From the NCBI GenBank assembly GCA_030536255.1, contig JAUNQI010000008.1, positions 11,453 through 75,452 on the forward strand: DNA of 64,000 nucleotides. Direction: 5' to 3'. A model generated the notes under the pieces. It was not told the DNA's origin, ran no database searches, and saw only the letters and a list, made by a program, of their open reading frames with translations. Position 1 is the first letter of the stretch, and every line of letters starts with the position of its first letter. The position numbers and the translations under genes were made by a program. The DNA is from Eubacteriales bacterium (lineage in GTDB: Bacteria; Bacillota; Clostridia; Oscillospirales; Oscillospiraceae). Shown here piece by piece: positions 45,607 to 52,972 of the stretch.

Positions 45607-45634
45607 ATTGTATCACCCATTCCCCAAATGTCAA
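45607..45634 (-). promoter_or_regulatory. Sigma-A-type promoter of the TPP riboswitch-thiT unit
   Basis: The minus strand has TTGACA, a 16-nt spacer and TACAAT, about 40 nt upstream of the aptamer. Confidence 0.6.
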
Positions 45635-45729
45635 CAATTACATATTTGCAATTTAATACAGCATTTTAAGTGAATACAAAATTTCAGCTGCTATATAGTC
45701 GGCATTGAAGATTTTTGCATACAGGAAAT

Positions 45730-46440
45730 TCAGCGATTCGGAAGGAGAAAACTTACATTTCCGTCGGAAAAGATTGAAATATCCGCAGGAAGATAGTCCG
45801 GTGCCGGAAGAGGATCCGGGTAATTTCCGGATAAAACATGCAAGGAGAGGTCAATCAGCTGGTCTACTGCTGAATATGGTACCGTCAGTTTGTGATGTGA
45901 GGAATAGAACAAGTCCGCTTCAGACTCATATTGCTTAAGATATCTGAGAGAATGGTTATAAGCGGACATGCTTCTCCCGTTACCAAACATATAAATCGGG
46001 CCGGTCTGAACGGTATCACCTGAAATGATAAACCGCTTTCCCCTTTCTAAAAGCGCAATACTTCCCGGAGTATGACCGGGCAGCAGAAGAACCTCAAATC
46101 TGAAGCTTCCGATATCTTCGATCTCTCCTTCACGAATAGGACAGAGAGGTATCTGTTTTTCGTATTTTTCCGAAAAGCGTGAAAATTCTGATGGATGAAG
46201 ATAAGCACGGTCAAATTGGTAAGCACATCCGGTGTGATCCTGATCGCTGTGAGTCAGAATGAGCTTGACCGGATTATCCGTTATTTTTCGTATATGAGAC
46301 AGAAGATCACCGCCGTGAAGGGCATCGACAGCAATTGCCTGCTCAGTACCGGTAAATAGAAAGCTTCGTACGCCGCTCTGCTCAAAACACCAGAAATTAT
46401 CCGCTATCTGATATTCTTTAATTGTTAAGTCTTTTTCCAT
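45730..46440 (-). CDS. MBL-fold metallo-hydrolase
   Basis: It carries LILTHSDQDHTG (a variant of HxHxDH) and LLPGHTPGS. Length is 236 aa. Confidence 0.75.
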   Translation of the reverse strand: MEKDLTIKEYQIADNFWCFEQSGVRSFLFTGTEQAIAVDALHGGDLLSHIRKITDNPVKLILTHSDQDHTGCAYQFDRAYLHPSEFSRFSEKYEKQIPLCPIREGEIEDIGSFRFEVLLLPGHTPGSIALLERGKRFIISGDTVQTGPIYMFGNGRSMSAYNHSLRYLKQYESEADLFYSSHHKLTVPYSAVDQLIDLSLHVLSGNYPDPLPAPDYLPADISIFSDGNVSFLLPNR

Positions 46441-46479
46441 TTTCTGTCCTTCTCAGCTAGCCGTTTTAAACTATTAATT

Positions 46480-47394
46480 CTATTCGCCCTCTATGATCGC
46501 AAGGGAAATGATGCCGATTATTATGAGAAAAATAAAAGCATACTGTTTCCCGGATAATTTCTCTTTCAGAAATAGTCTTGAGAGAAGAAGAGAAACCACG
46601 CAGACCGATGATATAATGGGAGCTGCAATCGCGCCGTTCCCGCTCATAGCATAAACATAGGTAAGCTGTCCTGCGGTTTCACAGACAGCCGCTAAAATTT
46701 TATCTTTTTGTTTCGGAAGTTCAAGCTTTACATTTCTTCTTCTGATGTAAATATATAATATAACTGCACAGAATGCAAAGGTAAGCTCATATGAAGTGTT
46801 GGCAACGGCTTCGATTGTATCTTCCGTTATATCTATAAGAGGACTTGAAGAAGCGTCTTCAAGGTAAAAAACATCCAGAAAGCTTCCAAAAGCATCAAGA
46901 AAAGCGTACAGAAACGGCATAATAAAAGCGATTATTGCCACTTTTTTCCCGATTCGTTTTTTCCGGTCTGTCTCTCCTCTGTTTTCAAGAAAACCTACTC
47001 CCAGAATTCCGGTTACGATGATTAAGATCGAAATAATAGCCGGAACAGATATTTTATCCCCCAGGATCAGGACACAGAGAAGGGAACAAATTGCCCCGGA
47101 CGTGTTTTCTATGGGATCGGAGATGGATTCTTCAATGAATCGCATCCCGAAGAAAGAAAATGCCATTGAGAGAATGTACAGAAGGGATACCGGAAGATAG
47201 CGGATCAGATTGGCAGGATTGTAATGGATCGGCTGTGTAAGGAGCGTAAATATGGCATGAAGCCCCATTGCAAAGCCAACGCATATGCAGATTTTCAGAT
47301 GGGAATACTGTTCGTCCGGATGAGCACCTTTTTTATAGAAAAACTCCGCAAATCCCCATATTAATGTTGTTGCAATCGTAAAGATGATCCACAT
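46480..47394 (-). CDS. EamA/DMT-family transporter
   Basis: It is a 10-TM, 304-aa protein with a duplicated EamA-like arrangement. Confidence 0.7.
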   Translation of the reverse strand: MWIIFTIATTLIWGFAEFFYKKGAHPDEQYSHLKICICVGFAMGLHAIFTLLTQPIHYNPANLIRYLPVSLLYILSMAFSFFGMRFIEESISDPIENTSGAICSLLCVLILGDKISVPAIISILIIVTGILGVGFLENRGETDRKKRIGKKVAIIAFIMPFLYAFLDAFGSFLDVFYLEDASSSPLIDITEDTIEAVANTSYELTFAFCAVILYIYIRRRNVKLELPKQKDKILAAVCETAGQLTYVYAMSGNGAIAAPIISSVCVVSLLLSRLFLKEKLSGKQYAFIFLIIIGIISLAIIEGE

Positions 47395-47472
47395 TGTTTT
47401 ATCCTTTCATCGGCCGGTTCAGACTGTTTCCCGGAGACAGATTTGGTTTATGATTACGGAAATAAATTCGTA

Positions 47473-48522
47473 TTACTTGTTGACAGTTTTGATGAGTACC
47501 TTGCGGAATGCTGTAGGCAATGAAACCGTAATGTTTAACTGTTCATCATCGACCCATACAAATTCCGGTGACATTCGGGAGCAGGACACCGAATAATATC
47601 TGATATCCCATTCAATGTGAGTAAAAATGTGTTTATCTGTGCCAGTTCCGATACATTCGGAAGGTTCACATCCCCATTCTTCTGTTTTCAGAAATACTTC
47701 TTCTTTTTTCAGATGCCCTGGGCAGTTGGGCAATTCCCACATACCGGCCAGTAACCCTTTGGAAGGGCGTTTCCGAATAGCAGTATGATTATTACAGCGT
47801 AGAATAAAAAAAGTCAGGAATTCAATCCGGCGGGCTTTCTTTTCTTCCTTTACCGGGAAATAGATCCAGCTTCCATCGCTACTGAGACAGAATTCCCGGC
47901 ATGGGCAGTGTATACAGTCCGGGACCCCATTAGGCAGACAAACGGTTTCTCCAAGCTCCATGATAGCCTGTGTACAGACTCCGGCCTTTTCTGAGGGATA
48001 CACTTCTGCCAGTTCTGAACATACTTTCTTCTTCGTTTTCTCCTCACTGATCGGTCTTTGGTCTCCAGTGATGCGTGACATAACGCGAAGAACATTTCCG
48101 TCTACCGCCGGAGTAGGCAGATTAAAACAAATTGAGGCGATCGCGGCTGCCGTATAGCTCCCAACTCCCCGAAGACTGAGAATATCCTCATATTTTTCCG
48201 GAAAAACTCCATTGAACTGCGTCATGATCTGTCGGGCAGCATCCTGAAGATTTCGAACTCTGGAGTAATATCCCAGTCCTTCCCATAGCTTATGCAGATG
48301 CTCCGGATCTGCTTCCGCCAGAGATTTTATGTCGGGAATCTCCTGAAGGAAGCGCGTATAATAGGGAATAACTGTTTCAATCCTTGTCTGCTGAAGCATA
48401 ATTTCGCTGATCCAAACATGGTAAGGAGTAGAGGATTCCCGCCAGGGAAGACTTCTGCCGCACTTCTCATACCACGGAATAAGAGCATCGAGCATTTTTT
48501 CTGTTTGTTCTTTTCGATCCAT
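47473..48522 (-). CDS. mutY: A/G-specific adenine DNA glycosylase MutY
   Basis: It has the HhH-GPD motif (LRGVGSYTAAAIASI), a [4Fe-4S] cysteine cluster (CLPNGVPDCIHCPCREFC) and a C-terminal NUDIX-like domain. Confidence 0.88.
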   Translation of the reverse strand: MDRKEQTEKMLDALIPWYEKCGRSLPWRESSTPYHVWISEIMLQQTRIETVIPYYTRFLQEIPDIKSLAEADPEHLHKLWEGLGYYSRVRNLQDAARQIMTQFNGVFPEKYEDILSLRGVGSYTAAAIASICFNLPTPAVDGNVLRVMSRITGDQRPISEEKTKKKVCSELAEVYPSEKAGVCTQAIMELGETVCLPNGVPDCIHCPCREFCLSSDGSWIYFPVKEEKKARRIEFLTFFILRCNNHTAIRKRPSKGLLAGMWELPNCPGHLKKEEVFLKTEEWGCEPSECIGTGTDKHIFTHIEWDIRYYSVSCSRMSPEFVWVDDEQLNITVSLPTAFRKVLIKTVNK

Positions 48523-48581
48523 ATACTAAATTTCTTTAATGATTAATAATTCCGTTTTTACACCCGGTGATTTCTCGTATC

Positions 48582-49127
48582 TTACAGTTCAAGTCTCATA
48601 TGAACCAGTTCCTGAAATCCTCCTGTGAGGGTCTTAAAGCCTTTGGGATTTCTGCCGTATTCGATAAATCCAAGCTTTCTGTACAGAGATACCGCTCTTT
48701 CATTGTCAGCGACAACTTCAAGCTCAAGCTGAATATATCCGGCAGCTTTGGCGCATTCAATACATGCCTCCATTAGTGCTTTCCCGATTCCGAGTCCCCA
48801 ATATTTTTTGGCAATGCTGATTCCGGCCTCTGCACGATGGCGGAGTTTACATTGTGTGCCGACTGCTTCTATTCCTGCCGAGCCGACAACGGTATTATTG
48901 ATTAAGGCAAGTATTTCTATTTCATTGTCGCTTTCTGTTTTTTCTTTAAGGAAGAGATATTCCTTTTCCACATCGAAAGTGTTTTCAGAGGGGTATGTGA
49001 GAAGAAAATCTGTTTCTTCATGTGTAAGGTTGAAAATATCGAGCAGCGCTTTTGCGTCACTTTCTGTTCCATTCCTCAAAAGGCATGCTGTACCGTCTTT
49101 TAAGGTTATAGTTTTATTATACTTCAT
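48582..49127 (-). CDS. GNAT-family N-acetyltransferase
   Basis: It has the acetyl-CoA-binding motif region (ISIAKKYWGLGIGKALM). Length is 181 aa. Confidence 0.8.
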   Translation of the reverse strand: MKYNKTITLKDGTACLLRNGTESDAKALLDIFNLTHEETDFLLTYPSENTFDVEKEYLFLKEKTESDNEIEILALINNTVVGSAGIEAVGTQCKLRHRAEAGISIAKKYWGLGIGKALMEACIECAKAAGYIQLELEVVADNERAVSLYRKLGFIEYGRNPKGFKTLTGGFQELVHMRLEL

Positions 49128-49218
49128 AACTCAGTTAATTTCACCGAAATCCTTTCGTCCGACTTTTAATTTAAAATGTTTTCCAGAATAGCATAGTATG
49201 ATGCACAGAATATCAGTA

Positions 49219-49740
49219 TTATAGAATCAATTCATACATGGAAAAACTCGTCCAGCCGGTATCTTCATAGAACATGTTTTTACTTTGAACGTATTGAAAC
49301 CCCATTCCGGTGTATAAGCGCTCTGCCGCAATATTTCCATCAAGGATATCCAGACGAATCGTCTTCTTGTTCTCATTTTTTGCAATATCTATAATGTCCT
49401 GAACAACTCTTTTTCCGATCCCGTTTCCTTGTGCATCTGCTTTAACAGCAAGGGCATGAGGAACCAGAATATTATCACGAGGACAATCAACACTCCAGGG
49501 AAGTCCATCATAACCTTCATTCCATAAGCTGTTAATAATAACACTTGCTATTATTCCATTTTCACCATCGATAATATACAGGTTTCCATCTTCTATGCTT
49601 TCCCTAATAAACTGTTCTGTCGGATAGATGCCTTTCTTCCATCCGACAGTGTCCTTTCGGTCCTTCATATCATCAATAAGATTCCAGTAAAAATCCCTGA
49701 TCCGGTCGAATTCTTCATTTTTAGCTTTTCGTAATTGCAT
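49219..49740 (-). CDS. GNAT-family N-acetyltransferase
   Basis: It carries the LAVKADAQGNGIGKRVV motif. Length is 173 aa. Confidence 0.8.
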   Translation of the reverse strand: MQLRKAKNEEFDRIRDFYWNLIDDMKDRKDTVGWKKGIYPTEQFIRESIEDGNLYIIDGENGIIASVIINSLWNEGYDGLPWSVDCPRDNILVPHALAVKADAQGNGIGKRVVQDIIDIAKNENKKTIRLDILDGNIAAERLYTGMGFQYVQSKNMFYEDTGWTSFSMYELIL

Positions 49741-49927
49741 TTATTATTTCCTTCCATTATCTCTCCCTATTAATAATTAAATCAACATTTTTTAAAGTAT
49801 ATCCTCTCGTTTCTGTGTTTTCAAGTCAATTTTAGTTTTTGGGTATTCGATCCGTTTTTTCAAAATACTATTCGAAAAATTAACCGTAAAATTAAACATA
49901 TCATTTTGTAGCTGCTCCGACGGTACA

Positions 49928-50003
49928 CGGTTGAACTGAAAGCCAGACAAAATGTGGAGATTGAAGGATATATGAATATGGATACGAAGAAGCCCTCATG
50001 ATC
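49928..50003 (+). repeat. Copy A of a 76-nt direct repeat (degenerate gene-3'-end relic)
   Basis: It aligns without gaps to 52591-52666 with 58 of 76 identical positions (hand-counted). The in-frame peptide is RYTVELKARQNVEIEG, against DRYSVELKSGLSVDIEE-stop in copy B. An upstream stop codon and loss of the terminal stop mark copy A as decayed. Confidence 0.7.
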
Positions 50004-50057
50004 ACCATTTACTGATGACTAGAAAGGCTTCTTTTGTGTTTTTCGGTGAACCGGAAT

Positions 50058-50849
50058 TTATTCTTCAACAGGCAGCTGAATTTCGGTCAGCCATTCTTCC
50101 GTTTCTTTGTTCCAGATGCCGTCAATGTAGCATTCACGCGCAAGGCCGGCAATCTGATATCCGTTCTGTTCCGCGTATTTCATCAGGAATGCATATGCTT
50201 CACCGATGCTGTCATATGCGCCTTTGTGATAGATGCTCAACACTTTGGTCTCCGGAAGTTTTTTGAACTTGATATGTTCATTTTCTTTTCCGAACGCTGT
50301 TACGGCTTCGTTGTGCCGAATGCGGACATCGGTTTCCTTGTACTCCCCGTCAAGGTATTCACAGAACTCATAAGGCGGCTCTTCACATTTAAGCTCCGGA
50401 TTCAAATTAAGGCACTCCTGCCCAACGGATGGAATCCACTGCATACAGTCCGAATAATTCTTCAGCACACTCTCGGCAGTATAAACGATTTTTTCCGGAA
50501 TCACTTTTTCCGTTACCTGATACTTCATCTCTTTGTCCTCCAAAATTGAATTTATGATGGAAAGACGAGATTCGATAAGATGCTTTTCTCTGGTAAGCAG
50601 TTTTAATTTTTCCTGCAGGATTTCTTTTACATCTGTTCCGTTAAAAACCGCCTTAATCTCTTCAATGGACAGATCAAGCTGTCTGTACGATTTGATCTTA
50701 GCCGCTGTTTCAAGCTGCGAGGTTTCATAAAACCTGTAATTGTTCCATTCGTCAACGGAAGCAGGCTTCAGAAGCTCTTCTTTTTCGTAGTACCTCAATG
50801 CTTTGATTGTCAGATGTGACAACTTTGAAAATTCACTTATCTTCAGCAT
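50058..50849 (-). CDS. MerR-family transcriptional regulator with C-terminal GyrI-like effector-binding domain (BmrR type)
   Basis: It has an N-terminal HTH (ISEFSKLSHLTIKALRYYEKEELLKP), a coiled-coil linker and a GyrI-like C-terminal half. Confidence 0.82.
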   Translation of the reverse strand: MLKISEFSKLSHLTIKALRYYEKEELLKPASVDEWNNYRFYETSQLETAAKIKSYRQLDLSIEEIKAVFNGTDVKEILQEKLKLLTREKHLIESRLSIINSILEDKEMKYQVTEKVIPEKIVYTAESVLKNYSDCMQWIPSVGQECLNLNPELKCEEPPYEFCEYLDGEYKETDVRIRHNEAVTAFGKENEHIKFKKLPETKVLSIYHKGAYDSIGEAYAFLMKYAEQNGYQIAGLARECYIDGIWNKETEEWLTEIQLPVEE

Positions 50850-50876
50850 TTTTCAAATCTCCTTTCCACATATGAC

Positions 50877-50907
50877 AGTCTATGCTATCCCCTAAGGGAC
50901 GAGTCAA
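50877..50907 (-). promoter_or_regulatory. MerR-type promoter with 19-nt spacer and internal dyad
   Basis: The minus strand has TTGACT, a 19-nt spacer (CGTCCCTTAGGGGATAGCA) containing the dyad CCCTTAGGG, and TAGACT. It lies about 25 nt upstream of the RBS of the MerR gene. Confidence 0.6.
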
Positions 50908-51134
50908 GAATAAGCGTCACGATGGTGCTTCAGCTGATTAACTGTTTTTAATGAAAATTACAACCGGTTTTTCTTATACATTAAAAGTCCTTTCATACGC
51001 AGCAATAAAAAAGCCACTGTTATAGCATACGGTTCCTTTGCCATAGCCAGAAACCAGCTGTTACATCGCTGATACGAATCGTATCATGACGTTATTATCT
51101 AATCTGGCCCCTAAACTTCGTTTGCGGAAACTCA

Positions 51135-52406
51135 TCAATTCTTTAGGCAAGCTATCGGTACTACATACACTCCGTCTTTCCGTCTGTATGCAAAAGGCGC
51201 CACACCACATAAAACCATCATGAAAGCAGGCGCCATCATTTTATCTGAGTCAATTTTTCCTGCTAGTTTCAGTAAATTTTCAGCACCTTCATTGATTAAT
51301 TTATCTCCGCCTAGCTTAACCTCAATAAGGCCATATTTGCCATTACGTAAATGAATTACCGCATCACATTCGAGGCCCGTCTTATCTCTGTAGTGAAACA
51401 CATCTCCATCCAAGGAATCCGAATATATTCGCAAATCCCGCACGCAAAGATTTTCGAAAATCAAACCCATTAAGTTTAAATCATTGATTAAGTCCTGCGG
51501 CCCCAATCCAAGTGCAGCTGTTGCTATGGATGGATCCACAAAATACCGTGTATCTGCTGTTCTTACTGCTGTTTTGGACCTCAAATTAGGATTCCATGCC
51601 GCCGAATCTTCTATTACAAATATTTTTTTTAAAGCATTAATGTAAGAATACAGTGTTTCCTTATCAAAGGTATCTGTGTCATTTACAATACAATCTTCTC
51701 TGATCGTTTCAAGAGAAGCCTGAGTAGCCACATTTCTTGCATATGATTTCATTAAACGCTTTGTTCTTTCTGGGTTCCGCTTAATTCCATCAACTCTGGA
51801 TATATCATCTTTAATAACTGAATCATAATAATCGAATGCTTGCTTTAGAGCCACTTTTTTTGATGTGTTTATCGATAAAGGCCATCCTCCTCTGCAAATA
51901 AGATAAGCAATATCATCTATATTGTGATTATCTGAAGCGGCTATATCGCACCCCCGAAACATATCTTCTAATGAGACTTCTCCCGTAGAGTCTTTAGATT
52001 CAAAAAGTGACATCGGACGCATTTTCATTCTTACGATACGTCCCGTTCCCGTGTGCATGCTTTCGTCAAGAACTGGAGGAACGGATGATCCCGTAAGAAT
52101 AAACTGTCCGAATTCTCCCCTTTGGTCTACTTCATATCGAACCGCATTCCAAATTCCGGGAGCTATCTGCCATTCATCTACGAGATGCGGAGTTTTCCCT
52201 TCAAGCAGAGCTGATGGTTTAATTCTCGCCATTTGCTGATATTGTTCAGTCATATCCGGACGATCCATCTCTATAATACTCTTCGCAATATATTTTGCCG
52301 ACGTTGTCTTTCCACACCATTTGGGACCCTCAATTAAAACTGCTCCCTTTGATTCCAAATGGTCTTCCAAAACCTTATCCGATACTCTCTGATAGTATTC
52401 TTTCAT
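51135..52406 (-). CDS. AAA+ ATPase with C-terminal DUF4143 (PD-(D/E)xK-like) domain
   Basis: It has Walker A (GPKWCGKTT) and Walker B (HLVDEWQ). The C-terminal YRDKTGLECDAVIHLRNGKYGLIEVKLG matches the E-x-D ... E-x-K pattern of the COG1373/DUF4143 family. Confidence 0.8.
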   Translation of the reverse strand: MKEYYQRVSDKVLEDHLESKGAVLIEGPKWCGKTTSAKYIAKSIIEMDRPDMTEQYQQMARIKPSALLEGKTPHLVDEWQIAPGIWNAVRYEVDQRGEFGQFILTGSSVPPVLDESMHTGTGRIVRMKMRPMSLFESKDSTGEVSLEDMFRGCDIAASDNHNIDDIAYLICRGGWPLSINTSKKVALKQAFDYYDSVIKDDISRVDGIKRNPERTKRLMKSYARNVATQASLETIREDCIVNDTDTFDKETLYSYINALKKIFVIEDSAAWNPNLRSKTAVRTADTRYFVDPSIATAALGLGPQDLINDLNLMGLIFENLCVRDLRIYSDSLDGDVFHYRDKTGLECDAVIHLRNGKYGLIEVKLGGDKLINEGAENLLKLAGKIDSDKMMAPAFMMVLCGVAPFAYRRKDGVYVVPIACLKN

Positions 52407-52590
52407 AGGGCTCCTTTGTTACAGTTTGGCAGTAATCGATGTTTATATTCAATACAATTCGAGCATTCGGCTTTAATTTGTTCGAGTTGTTGGCGTTATT
52501 TTAACCGAGTATATGGAAAATGTCAACTGCCTTTCTGCTTGAATCTGAACTTCTATGCGCAGAAAATCACCGTCTGTCCTGACAGATATT

Positions 52591-52666
52591 CGGTCGAACT
52601 GAAATCCGGCTTGAGCGTGGACATTGAAGAATAACTGAATACATGTACGAAGAAGCCCTCCTGATC
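52591..52666 (+). repeat. Copy B of the 76-nt direct repeat (gene-3'-end relic with intact stop)
   Basis: See copy A. In-frame it ends ...QKITVCPDRYSVELKSGLSVDIEE-stop at 52634. The similarity continues about 32 nt past the stop. Confidence 0.7.
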
Positions 52667-52972
52667 TGATATACTCCCTTCATGATTAACAGTGATTTTT
52701 TTATTTCACTGTCTCTCATAAAGGGAGCATATCACACACTATATTCCTGTTTGTCTTTCAATATTGGCATCTAATCCACACACCAACATACCCTTTAGGG
52801 TTGAGTGCGTTAAACTGCTGTCAGCAAAAGCATCTAATCTACTCACTCAATTTTTGTCGACCTGTTTATACCTCGATAGATATGTTCTCTTGCACAGTTT
52901 CGGCACTCTGAGTGGGCAATTAAAATGTCTGCAAATACGGCAAAGCCTTTGAAAACAGGCGCTTTTCAGCGA

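Noticed and set aside
51071-51085. Perfect 7-1-7 palindrome GATACGAATCGTATC between the AAA+ gene and the MerR gene
   Set aside because: It is too short to distinguish an operator from chance. It is not positioned in a recognisable promoter.
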